A DNA stretch of 44,107 nucleotides from a virus, in the IMG/VR virus record IMGVR_UViG_3300026302_000104, positions 1 to 44,107 of that record; one strand, written 5' to 3'. Position numbers and translations under genes: made by a program. Under the pieces are notes generated by a model. That model was not told where the DNA came from. It saw nothing but the letters and a program-made list of their open reading frames with translations, and made no database searches. Positions 7,651-16,454 of the stretch are shown piece by piece (the first letter of the stretch is position 1; every line of letters starts with the position of its first letter).

Positions 7651-10016
7651 GTCTAGCTGAGCAAATCGCGAGAGTTTTCGATCCGTCGTATAAAGTCGGC
7701 AAAGGGGGCGAGTTTCTATGTTCCTGCCCGAATCGCGGCGGCCATAGTAACGGCGATAAAAACAAAAGCTTTTCTATTGCTGACGACGAATCGAAGCCTT
7801 TTAAGGTTAAATTTAACTGCTTCGTCTGCGGCGTCAAACCGCTCATTCAGCTGATCAAAGATACCGGCTTGCTTCCATCAAGCGGTAAGAAGAGCTCAGA
7901 AAAGAAAGGTTCTCACGCTGAGGAGCAAGCGCGACTAAAGAGAGAAAAACAGAAAGCTAAAGAAGAAGCCAAGGCGAAGAAGGCGAAGCCGGCGAAAGAG
8001 CAAGAGTCAGAAGAGCCGGGCGAAGAATATCTATTTGCTACCTATCCCTATGACGACGAGACCGGAGCGCCCTTTGTTCGCGTTCTTCGCTTTAATACTC
8101 GCAATAGCAAGAAGAAAAGATTTGTCCCGCAAGTCTTGACCGGCGGCGTCTGGACAACGGGGCTAGGCGATCATTTCGTGCCACTGCAGTATGTGAGGGA
8201 CGTTAGGCAAGCGGCGAAGAAAGGCGATCGGATCTACGTCGTCGAGGGCGAGAAGAAAGTCCAAATCTTGCGCGATTTCGGCGTCGTCGCGACGACGAAT
8301 ATTTCCGGAGCAAATCGAGCCTGGGAGTATTACTGGACGCTTTCGCTTCTCGGCGGCGATATTGTTGTGATATCCGATAACAACAAAGTCGGGCGAGCTC
8401 ACGCGGTCGAGATTTGCAAAAGCATTTTCGAGGCCGGCGGACGTGTCAAGCTCGTTATGCTGCCAAATCTACCCGATCCGAAGGACGATCTCGAGCAGTG
8501 GTTAGAGCGGTTCAGTTTTGCTGATCTCGAGAACCTGATTCGCAAAACTGAAAGCTTCACTTATGAAGAGCTAGAGCCGGAAGAGGTAGAGATAGAGTTT
8601 GATACTTTTATCAACACGGATCTATCTAATCAAGAGCGGCTTCTCAAGCGCTTCGGGCGCGATCTAAAGTACACAATAGAAAAGGGGTGGTTTGTGTGGG
8701 AAGGTCGGCGCTTCGTCGCGAATAATCATCTACCGATGAAGCTCGCGAAAAAATCCGCGAAACTAATTTATCAAGAAGCTGAAAAGGCGCACGGTAAAGA
8801 GCGTAAATGGTTGCGCGAATGGGCCAAAAGCTCGGAGTCGCTTTCAAAACTTAAGGCTTCGGTCGAGCTCATGAAGTCGGAAGTCCCGTTCAGCTTTCTT
8901 GATTTCGATTCAGATCCTTACCTATTCAACTGCCAAAATGGCATCCTGAGCCTGAAAGATCGCAAACTGATCAACCATCATCGAAAATACCTTTGTCATC
9001 AAATTTCGCCGGTTAGGTACGAACCTAAGGCGACTTGTCCGACTTGGGATAAATTTCTCTGGGATATCACCGGGCAAGATCAAGAGATGATCGACTTCTT
9101 GCATATGTGCTTGGGCTACAGCTTGACCGGGCTAGTAAACGAGGAGGTCTTCTTCTTCCTTTGGGGGCGCGGTCGAAACGGGAAATCTAAGTTCCTAGAA
9201 TGCGCTTCGAAGATTCTCGGAACCTATTCAAGCGGCTTGCCGATGGAATCCTTGATGGATACAGGGCGAAGCGATACGGGACGAAACGATCTAGCCTCGC
9301 TTGTCGGAGCTCGGCTTGTAACGGCCTCCGAGACAACGGAAGGGCAGAAACTGAATGAAGCCCTGGTCAAGCTAATGACCGGCGGTGATAAAGTCCGCTG
9401 CCGAAATTTGTTTCATGAATACTTCAATATGGCGCCGGTTTGGAAAGTCTGGTTCGCCGGCAATCACCGCCCGCAAATCAAGGGTCAAGACCCCGCGATC
9501 TGGGAGCGCTTGATTCTGATTCCTTTTGATACTTATATCGCGCCGGAGAACCGCGATCCGTTTTTAATGCAAAAACTAAATATCGAGCTACCCGGCATAC
9601 TGAACCGCTTTCTCGACGGCTTCGATAACTATATGGCCGGGACAACCGTCGGCGGACGTACCGTGCGACTGATCACGGAGAGACAACCGAAACGGGTCCA
9701 GGTTGCAGGAAAGAACTATCAACAGGATCAAGATACGATTTTGGCATGGATCGAAGACTGCGCGGTCCTGGCTCCGAGTGCCATTTCCAGCGCTCGCGAT
9801 CTGTATTCGAGCTATAGCAAGCACTGCAAACTGCGCGGCGTCTACAGCAAAAGCGATCGCGCTTTCTATGAGTCTTTAGAGTCCCGAAAAGAAGTCACGG
9901 CGAGCCGCAAAACGGGCGGCAAAATGTTCCATGGCATAGGTCTTAAGGCGCTCGCCTGGAGCGATTATTCCAGCTCTAACAGCGATCGAGAGTATGACGA
10001 GGAGGGCGTCGCGTGA
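7647..10016 (+). CDS. P4-family primase-helicase (Zn finger, TOPRIM, D5_N, SF3 helicase)
   Basis: CSCP..H..CFVC; VVEGEK; TDLSNQERL; FNCQNG; Walker A GRGRNGKS; KLMTGGD. Confidence 0.92.
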   Translation: MSLAEQIARVFDPSYKVGKGGEFLCSCPNRGGHSNGDKNKSFSIADDESKPFKVKFNCFVCGVKPLIQLIKDTGLLPSSGKKSSEKKGSHAEEQARLKREKQKAKEEAKAKKAKPAKEQESEEPGEEYLFATYPYDDETGAPFVRVLRFNTRNSKKKRFVPQVLTGGVWTTGLGDHFVPLQYVRDVRQAAKKGDRIYVVEGEKKVQILRDFGVVATTNISGANRAWEYYWTLSLLGGDIVVISDNNKVGRAHAVEICKSIFEAGGRVKLVMLPNLPDPKDDLEQWLERFSFADLENLIRKTESFTYEELEPEEVEIEFDTFINTDLSNQERLLKRFGRDLKYTIEKGWFVWEGRRFVANNHLPMKLAKKSAKLIYQEAEKAHGKERKWLREWAKSSESLSKLKASVELMKSEVPFSFLDFDSDPYLFNCQNGILSLKDRKLINHHRKYLCHQISPVRYEPKATCPTWDKFLWDITGQDQEMIDFLHMCLGYSLTGLVNEEVFFFLWGRGRNGKSKFLECASKILGTYSSGLPMESLMDTGRSDTGRNDLASLVGARLVTASETTEGQKLNEALVKLMTGGDKVRCRNLFHEYFNMAPVWKVWFAGNHRPQIKGQDPAIWERLILIPFDTYIAPENRDPFLMQKLNIELPGILNRFLDGFDNYMAGTTVGGRTVRLITERQPKRVQVAGKNYQQDQDTILAWIEDCAVLAPSAISSARDLYSSYSKHCKLRGVYSKSDRAFYESLESRKEVTASRKTGGKMFHGIGLKALAWSDYSSSNSDREYDEEGVA

Positions 10017-10318
10017 TAAAAGTATTTTTCGACAATGGAAATTTTTGGCAAGAGTGCAGCGAGACCAAGCGCCGCGTCAAGCTCTGGTCGCAAGCGAGCT
10101 GTAAAGCCAAGATCGCAAAACTGCTTCAGGAACTTAGCGACGACGAAAGAGAAGCGCAAAAGCAGTTAACCGCGTTTTGCGATAAGTCCGCGGCATACGC
10201 GAAAGGCTTTGAGGGCGACGAATTCGAGTCCAAAGCGGCTCTAAACAACGTGATTATTTTGTTCTATGAGTTTTCAGTTTTAACGGGGGCGAAAGAAGAT
10301 CTTGTATTTATTTGTTGA
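10013..10318 (+). CDS. Hypothetical protein
   Basis: GTGA overlap; RBS GGAGG. Confidence 0.6.
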   Translation: MIKVFFDNGNFWQECSETKRRVKLWSQASCKAKIAKLLQELSDDEREAQKQLTAFCDKSAAYAKGFEGDEFESKAALNNVIILFYEFSVLTGAKEDLVFIC

Positions 10319-10859
10319 CACCGAGACGACGGGACTGGATCCCAAAAGAGCGGCGATCGTACAGCTTGCGGCCCTAATCGTCGACAAAGACGGCTATATT
10401 AACGGCGAATTCGATTCGCGAATTCGTCCGCATGAGGGCGCAATCATTGAGGGCGGCGCGCTTGCAATCAACAAACGAAAGCATGACGAGCTTTTGAATG
10501 CTCCGACTAATTCGGAAGTTTGCGAGCGTTTTAGAAAATTCGTCGGTCCTCGCGAGCTCGTCTTCGCTGGCTATAACTGCCCTTTCGATCAAAAGTTCGT
10601 TTGGGCTTTGTTCGGACTGACCGGCATCTATACAAAATATATTATTCCGAAAGAGGGACCGCTCGACATTCTCGAGAAGGCTCGGAAGCTGGTCAGGAAG
10701 CCGACCGAAGTCGAGAATCACAAGCTCGGAACGGTCGCGAAATTTTTCGGACAATATCGCGAAGGGGCTCACAACGCGCTCGAGGATCTTTACATGACGG
10801 TCAACGTCTGGAAGTGTCTAAAAGTCCGCGAAGCTGAGATAAAGGCGGGGGTAAGATGA
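10302..10859 (+). CDS. DEDDh 3'-5' exonuclease (DnaQ-like)
   Basis: FVDTETTG, GYNCPFD, AHNALED. Confidence 0.92.
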   Translation: MYLFVDTETTGLDPKRAAIVQLAALIVDKDGYINGEFDSRIRPHEGAIIEGGALAINKRKHDELLNAPTNSEVCERFRKFVGPRELVFAGYNCPFDQKFVWALFGLTGIYTKYIIPKEGPLDILEKARKLVRKPTEVENHKLGTVAKFFGQYREGAHNALEDLYMTVNVWKCLKVREAEIKAGVR

Positions 10860-11929
10860 AAGATAGCATAAAGAGAAAAATCAAGAAGCTTCTCAGGCTC
10901 GCGCGAAATAACGGGAACGCAAACGAGCGAGAGCGAGCCCTAGAAGCTGCGAACGATCTTCTTGCGAAGCATAATCTAGAAATGGCAGAAATTTCGATCG
11001 ACGAAGAAGAGTATTCTATCGAGCACGGAAAGCGCTTCGACGCTTGGCATAACAATATTGTGATAGCTCTAGAAATGCTGTTTTTCGTGAAAGGAATACT
11101 TTCGACATTTTTAACAAACGGGCGCAAAGTCAAAAAACTAGGTTTCGCCGGCAAGCCTGATAACATCGCCGCGGCTTTTGAAATCTTTGCATACCTAACA
11201 GCTTCGATCAGATCCGAGGCTAAAAGATACTCTACTAATCGCGACGCCTTCCTCAACGGCGCCGCCGACGGAGTCTATCTGAAAGCTAAGCAAATAATCG
11301 CCAAAGAGGAGTCTTTGAAGAGATCTAATTCAGATTGCACGGCCTTAGCCGTCTTGCGCGATAGCGAGCAAGAAAAAATAAAAGAGTATCTAGAATCTAA
11401 TTATGGCGTGGATGGCGTTCACGAGCCGCGAAAGAAAAAGCTTGATTTCGACGCTTATCAAGCCGGCGTTAGACACGGGCTATTAATGAGCCTGAAAGCG
11501 CCGGCGACGAAGAGAGTCGAGGTCAAATCAATGAAAATCAAATTTGAAAGAGGCTTCGTTATTGAAGCCGTCGCAAGCAAGACGGAAAGAGAAAAGTATA
11601 GGGTTATCGTCTCCGGACCTGGCTATCCGCGAACCTGCTTCTATGTCGTATGTTTTAACCCCTATAGAGCCGGTTGGTACTACTACGCGACGAGCTCCAA
11701 TCCTTCCGAGTCTAAGCCGAATTCGCTCCGAGCTCTCGCTCCGGAAGCTGAAACACTAGCGGCGGCGATCGAGCTCACAAAGAAGAATATTCTCGAGATG
11801 CTCCGCGAGATGGATCGAGATCTTTCTTTAGAGCTGATCAAAAATCTTCAATCGCTCGAGCAGGAGCTCGCGGGATTTGATTTCGATAAACTGGCTCTAG
11901 AAGCCAAAAGGGGTGAAAATGGACAATAA
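10856..11929 (+). CDS. DUF2786-like protein with an extra C-terminal domain
   Basis: KIKKLLRLA..ERERALEAANDLLAKHNL; AFLNGAADGV; AYQAG; possible internal start at 11531. Confidence 0.75.
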   Translation: MKDSIKRKIKKLLRLARNNGNANERERALEAANDLLAKHNLEMAEISIDEEEYSIEHGKRFDAWHNNIVIALEMLFFVKGILSTFLTNGRKVKKLGFAGKPDNIAAAFEIFAYLTASIRSEAKRYSTNRDAFLNGAADGVYLKAKQIIAKEESLKRSNSDCTALAVLRDSEQEKIKEYLESNYGVDGVHEPRKKKLDFDAYQAGVRHGLLMSLKAPATKRVEVKSMKIKFERGFVIEAVASKTEREKYRVIVSGPGYPRTCFYVVCFNPYRAGWYYYATSSNPSESKPNSLRALAPEAETLAAAIELTKKNILEMLREMDRDLSLELIKNLQSLEQELAGFDFDKLALEAKRGENGQ

Positions 11930-12206
11930 AGAGTTTATCTCGAAAGAGATCGTCGGACTGCAAACGTTCCTCTCGAAATATGATCCGCTTCTGAAATGCA
12001 AGGACGGTAAGCGGCATAAGTGGTACTTCGACGCCTGGACGCGAAGCAAAGCTAATGCGGACCGCGGCAAGTGCTCGAAGTGCGGTCTTAGGTGGCGTCA
12101 CGTTTTGCGGATAACACCCGATAAAAGAAATTGGTACGAAGCAAGGATCAAGAGATTGAGCTCTTTCCTAGAATCATCGGAGGAGGTCGTATCTTGCGAG
12201 AAATAG
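11919..12206 (+). CDS. Small Zn-finger-like protein
   Basis: C..H.W..CSKCG. Confidence 0.6.
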   Translation: MDNKEFISKEIVGLQTFLSKYDPLLKCKDGKRHKWYFDAWTRSKANADRGKCSKCGLRWRHVLRITPDKRNWYEARIKRLSSFLESSEEVVSCEK

Positions 12207-12343
12207 AGTTTTTATGCGTTTTCATTTGCGGCTTCGGAGTCGGCGCGTTTACTTTGCTTTGCTTGATGGGACTTGTCGCCGCGAATATTGACGAAGAGAC
12301 GGTATCAACGATCAAGAAAGCTATTGAAGAGGAAGAGAGGTGA
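12194..12343 (+). CDS. Small single-pass membrane protein
   Basis: RBS GGAGG before TTG 12194; hydrophobic FLCVFICGFGVGAFTLLCLMGLV. Confidence 0.55.
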   Translation: MREIEFLCVFICGFGVGAFTLLCLMGLVAANIDEETVSTIKKAIEEEER

Positions 12344-12347
12344 CAAC

Positions 12348-12560
12348 ATGGGATTAAAGCTGCCAAAGATGCCCAAAAGCGCCCCGTCGGTCAAGCCGAA
12401 ACCACCGGCGCCACCATTTAGAAGCAAGCCGCAAAAGTGTAAAGAGCAGTTTTGCAAAGAGCTGGTCGAGCCCGATTGCCCGACTAAGCCTTATTGCTGC
12501 CATGAATGCATGGCTTGGGACTGGGAAAGCGAGAGAAGAAAGAAGGCTAAGGGACAATGA
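12348..12560 (+). CDS. Small Pro/Lys-rich Cys-cluster protein
   Basis: RBS GAGGT; CKEQFC..YCCHEC. Confidence 0.6.
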   Translation: MGLKLPKMPKSAPSVKPKPPAPPFRSKPQKCKEQFCKELVEPDCPTKPYCCHECMAWDWESERRKKAKGQ

Positions 12561-12916
12561 GCGAATATAGAACAATCAAAGAGCTGAAAGAGCAAATCAA
12601 ACGGTTACAGCAAGACCTGAAGCATCTAGCAACTAATCTAAGAGTTCCGCAAGACGAGACGGATCGCGTTTATTTTTGGCTCGGTCGAGCGCTACAAAAG
12701 ATCCGGACCGAAAGAAGTGTCAATCAAGAGGCGCTCGCGAACGATCTCGGACTAACAAGAACGTCGCTCGCGAATATGGAAGCGGGAAAGCAAAAGGCGC
12801 CTCTTCATGTCTGGAAGAATGCGGCGCTAAGACTGAAAGTAGATCTTCCCTACTTGCTTGAGCTTTCCGCCGCGCTTGAAGAAGATCACGCCGAAATGAT
12901 GAATGAAGGGGGTTAA
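12557..12916 (+). CDS. XRE-family HTH transcriptional regulator
   Basis: LQKIRTERSVNQEALANDLGLTRTSLANMEAGK. Confidence 0.88.
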   Translation: MSEYRTIKELKEQIKRLQQDLKHLATNLRVPQDETDRVYFWLGRALQKIRTERSVNQEALANDLGLTRTSLANMEAGKQKAPLHVWKNAALRLKVDLPYLLELSAALEEDHAEMMNEGG

Positions 12917-12917
12917 A

Positions 12918-13166
12918 ATGAAAGCACTGATTTTGATTATCATGTGTCTATGCTTTTGCCAACCGGCCAGAGCTGATAACACTTGGCTTGATGATCATCC
13001 GAAAGCGCATAAGGTCTTATGGTTTGCATCATCGCCCTTTCGATTGATGAAACGGTTCGCGCTAGTGCCGGCTAGAGAATTGACTACAGGCTATAGAATT
13101 CTTGTCTTCGGCGAGAATCCCGAACACGCCGACGCAATAGCGGGACTGATTTTAGAAGACCTTTAA
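12918..13166 (+). CDS. Small secreted protein
   Basis: Signal peptide MKALILIIMCLCFCQPARA; WLDDHPK motif. Confidence 0.7.
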   Translation: MKALILIIMCLCFCQPARADNTWLDDHPKAHKVLWFASSPFRLMKRFALVPARELTTGYRILVFGENPEHADAIAGLILEDL

Positions 13167-13181
13167 AAAGAGAGGCGGCGA

Positions 13182-13460
13182 ATGCTGATAGAAACCACGA
13201 TTAAGCCGGACGGTACACAAGAAAACCGGCGCGTACCGCTAGAGCAGTACGGAAGAGGCAAGAGGGCGAAGCAGATAATTCTAGTCAACCTAGATCGAAG
13301 TTATCACATACACGGAAGATGCGGCTTTGTCTATTCTTTGATTTTCAAAGATCGCTTAGTGTTTTTAAAGGGGCTTGTAGATAGCGGAGAGTGGACGGAA
13401 TTAAACCAAAACCTTCGGCGGATGCTACCGAATGATCAAGAGATAGTAATAGTTAGATAG
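13182..13460 (+). CDS. Hypothetical protein
   Basis: RBS GAGG; fills operon. Confidence 0.6.
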   Translation: MLIETTIKPDGTQENRRVPLEQYGRGKRAKQIILVNLDRSYHIHGRCGFVYSLIFKDRLVFLKGLVDSGEWTELNQNLRRMLPNDQEIVIVR

Positions 13461-13488
13461 CCAAACAACTAATCAGGAGTAATTTGTA

Positions 13489-13773
13489 ATGCCATTAGAT
13501 CCAGTAGAAAGAGCCACCGTACTTGTTAGATACAAAACAATGTTTCGCGCTCACGAAAAGCTCCGAGACTCCGGGCGCAAAATGGCTAGAATCGGGCGCT
13601 TGTCTGATTCGGAGTTATTAGACATGTTAGAAGCTTGGAAAGAAAAGTCGGATATTTTGGAGAATATAGTCGCCGAGTTGATGGAAACCGGCACCATCGC
13701 AGACACCGGAGGCTCTGGCAGAAAGGTATTACTCGAATGGCTTTTGAAGGACGCGACAACGCCGAGAAGCTAA
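13489..13773 (+). CDS. Hypothetical protein
   Basis: RBS AGGAG. Confidence 0.65.
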   Translation: MPLDPVERATVLVRYKTMFRAHEKLRDSGRKMARIGRLSDSELLDMLEAWKEKSDILENIVAELMETGTIADTGGSGRKVLLEWLLKDATTPRS

Positions 13774-13800
13774 TAAGGAATTATAAGGAGATTACAAACA

Positions 13801-14178
13801 ATGCACATACGAGATTTACAAGCAGAACTACCATGGACGGTACCTTACAGTGCCGCCTATCACGCCGGTCAGCAGAACTACAGCGATATGCAGCACGCGC
13901 TAATTCATATCGTGAAAAGCGCCGGAATTCTAGCGGGAATGATCGACAAAGCTGATCACGGAGAATCCGTGCCATTTGATGAGCAGACAATTAGAAACAG
14001 AGTGTCTGATTTTGTCATGTGCGCTTTACGCATTGCGAACACTTGCCCAACTGGGGCTTTTGACCTTGAAGAAGCCGTCATTAGGCGCATGGAAGCTGTT
14101 AACGGAGTCACGCTTGAGACAAAGCCGCTTTCAGATCGAGTGACTCGCCGCTACATGACAGAAACTGATAAGGAGTAA
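13801..14178 (+). CDS. Possible MazG-like all-alpha NTP pyrophosphatase-fold protein
   Basis: HALIHIVKSAGILAG..DH..VSDFVMCALRIAN..FDLEEAVIRRME helical pattern; canonical EXXE not seen. Confidence 0.45.
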   Translation: MHIRDLQAELPWTVPYSAAYHAGQQNYSDMQHALIHIVKSAGILAGMIDKADHGESVPFDEQTIRNRVSDFVMCALRIANTCPTGAFDLEEAVIRRMEAVNGVTLETKPLSDRVTRRYMTETDKE

Positions 14179-14184
14179 GTAGCA

Positions 14185-14469
14185 GTGAGCAAAGAGAAAA
14201 AATACACCGAAGCGGACCGCATGAAACTGCTCAACAAGTTAGAAAGCAGAGTAGGTTTCATCAAGAGGTTATATCCGCACTGCCCAGTAGTAGAGAATCT
14301 TAGAGCGTGGGTTTGGAATACTCAAGAAAATTTTGCTTGTGAAGTGTCCTCACGCCCATCCGGTCCGTATGTCGAAGTAAGACTAGAGCCACATCACGAC
14401 GCACAATTTGTGGCTGACCACTGGCTGACTTTGTACCAAACCTGGCTAATAACAACTAATAGCGACTGA
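14185..14469 (+). CDS. Hypothetical protein
   Basis: RBS AAGGAG before GTG. Confidence 0.65.
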   Translation: MSKEKKYTEADRMKLLNKLESRVGFIKRLYPHCPVVENLRAWVWNTQENFACEVSSRPSGPYVEVRLEPHHDAQFVADHWLTLYQTWLITTNSD

Positions 14470-14488
14470 TAACAAATAAGGAGCGAAC

Positions 14489-15073
14489 AGGACAGAAGAA
14501 CAACAAGCAAAACTGCAATTTCTCGGTCGCCGCTTAAAGCGATTGATACAAGAGCAGAATGCAGAATCAGAAAAACTCGATCCGACAAAAGAAAATCCTG
14601 CTCTAGAGAAGTTAGTCTTTCACAACCTCGCATCATACTCTCGACAAATAGCCGATCTGTACGATGACATGGGCAGAACTTATGACGCGAGCTTTGATAT
14701 CGCACTAGAAACAACAAACCAGCGCCACGGCGGGGCGCTCAAGAAACTGGCCGATAAACAGGAGAGAGGGCTAAAAATGGCGGGAATATGGCAGCGCCCC
14801 GTAGGGCGAGGACTAGCAGTATTACACCATCCCGACAAATGGGAAGCGTGGATACCGGCTGAAAATGGGCGGTTTGAAGTGCATTTGGCTGACTACCCTA
14901 AGTCGGAGAATGCAATGCTTTCAATTGAAGAGATTGGTAATCCTAGCAATGCTTTGCCGGTGGTCGCCAATAAAGCTTTATTGTGTGATTTTGCCTGGGC
15001 GATACTTCGGCAATTTGAAGTGCCCACGATACAAGAAGAATTGACAAAGCTAGAACGAAAAGCGAATCGGTAA
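14489..15073 (+). CDS. Hypothetical protein, probably two fused ORFs; first start codon appears mutated (AGG)
   Basis: RBS AAGGAG (14478-14483) precedes in-frame AGG at 14489; second RBS and ATG at 14777. Confidence 0.5.
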   Translation, partial: RTEEQQAKLQFLGRRLKRLIQEQNAESEKLDPTKENPALEKLVFHNLASYSRQIADLYDDMGRTYDASFDIALETTNQRHGGALKKLADKQERGLKMAGIWQRPVGRGLAVLHHPDKWEAWIPAENGRFEVHLADYPKSENAMLSIEEIGNPSNALPVVANKALLCDFAWAILRQFEVPTIQEELTKLERKANR

Positions 15074-15074
15074 C

Positions 15075-15589
15075 GCAACTGACAAATAATCACAAGCGAG
15101 GGAATAGAAAATGGATTTTGAGACGTTAAAAAAGAGAGTGTACTGTGGCTTGATATTTGACTGCCCCGCTGAGGAAGTACGACCGACAATGCAAGCGCTG
15201 TGCGAACTGGATGACGCTAAGAACAACGCTTGCAAAGAGCGCAACCAGCTAGTCAAATTTCTATCTAAGTGCTTCCCGTCTAGCATCGAGAGACACGAAG
15301 GCGAAGACTGGGAAGACGATTGGAGAAATATCGTGTTTATCGACTTACCGACCGGTCAAGCGTCTTGGCATATCCACGACTCAGAGCTTGATAATTTTGC
15401 ACATCTGCCGCGCAATCATGGGCGCAAATGGGACGGACATAACACCGAACTAAAGTATCAGAGGCTTGACGATCTATGGGTACACCACTGCAACGCACAG
15501 GACTACCAAACAACCAGTAGGGCTAAATGCGGCAAGCCGGAAGCTGGATACACAATACGCAACCGCGAAAGCAACTAACAAATAATCAC
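15075..15589 (+). repeat. 19-bp direct repeat pair bracketing the WDGH gene
   Basis: GCAACTGACAAATAATCAC (15075-15093) and GCAACTAACAAATAATCAC (15571-15589), 18/19 identical. Confidence 0.85.
15111..15578 (+). CDS. WDGH-motif phage protein
   Basis: ERNQLV..IVFIDLPTGQASWHI..KWDGH..KYQRL. Confidence 0.7.
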   Translation: MDFETLKKRVYCGLIFDCPAEEVRPTMQALCELDDAKNNACKERNQLVKFLSKCFPSSIERHEGEDWEDDWRNIVFIDLPTGQASWHIHDSELDNFAHLPRNHGRKWDGHNTELKYQRLDDLWVHHCNAQDYQTTSRAKCGKPEAGYTIRNRESN

Positions 15590-15604
15590 TTTGAGGTAAT
15601 CAGC

Positions 15605-15913
15605 GTGAAGCGGACAGAATATGCAGGTAATGGGGTATCGGTCACGACAGCCGGAGTCTTGGTCCAGGAATCAAACGTTGTCATCGTGCATCAACAGATA
15701 CGCGAAAAAGACGGCACGATAACCAATAGTTCGCTTGTGACGCTATCCAAAGGCGATATCTGGCGACTTTGGGAAGAATACTGCGAACTGGAGGAACCAT
15801 CTTTTTGCCACTACTGCGACCATCCTATGTTTGAGGGCGACCGCGAGTTTCTTGACGACGAAGATGTATGTTGCTCTCAGTATTGCGTCGAAGCCAGGCA
15901 GGCACAACGATAG
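15605..15913 (+). CDS. Hypothetical protein with C-terminal CxxC..CCxxxC finger
   Basis: RBS GAGGT before GTG 15605; CHYC..CCSQYC. Confidence 0.65.
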   Translation: MKRTEYAGNGVSVTTAGVLVQESNVVIVHQQIREKDGTITNSSLVTLSKGDIWRLWEEYCELEEPSFCHYCDHPMFEGDREFLDDEDVCCSQYCVEARQAQR

Positions 15914-15947
15914 ACAAGTAAGTAACAATAACCCGGAAGAGGTAAAA

Positions 15948-16454
15948 ATGAATCTAACATACACTCAATCAAAAACAATAAGGGACGCGGGGAAAGCGCT
16001 CGATTCTGCGCTCGCCCTACTAGAATCAGTCAGAGATTCAGTCGCCGCCCTTCAGGACGATCCGGCTTCGCAGCTTTATTGTAATCGCAAAATATCAATT
16101 CTTGTCGCTACGATTAGCAATGCAGTAAGCGGCGCGCGCGACGCGAAGAGAGCATCCGAGGATCTACTCGGAAGAAATCTTCTAGAAGTGCTAAAAGAAG
16201 AAACTAGAAAAGCCGAAACGGCGGGCCGGCTTTTAGTTTCTTTCAGCCTTCCTCTGAAGAAGTTTGAAAGCGCCTACCATCCTTCGACTGAGCCTATAGA
16301 GAAGGTTCTCGGAATCGAAGTAATCGAAAGCCATAGGACGGACGACCTTGTTTATTTTGTCGCAATTCCGCCCCATCCTCAAAGCGCCGAAGAGTTCCTC
16401 TGTGGTCTGAAAAAATTCGGCGCGAACATTACTCAAATTAAGCGAGAGCCTTGA
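15948..16454 (+). CDS. Hypothetical protein
   Basis: RBS GAGGT before ATG 15948. Confidence 0.65.
   Translation: MNLTYTQSKTIRDAGKALDSALALLESVRDSVAALQDDPASQLYCNRKISILVATISNAVSGARDAKRASEDLLGRNLLEVLKEETRKAETAGRLLVSFSLPLKKFESAYHPSTEPIEKVLGIEVIESHRTDDLVYFVAIPPHPQSAEEFLCGLKKFGANITQIKREP

Noticed and set aside
14690..14760. NQRHGGALKKLA resembles the C-terminus of some addiction-module antidotes
   Set aside because: Very short match and no adjacent toxin gene recognised
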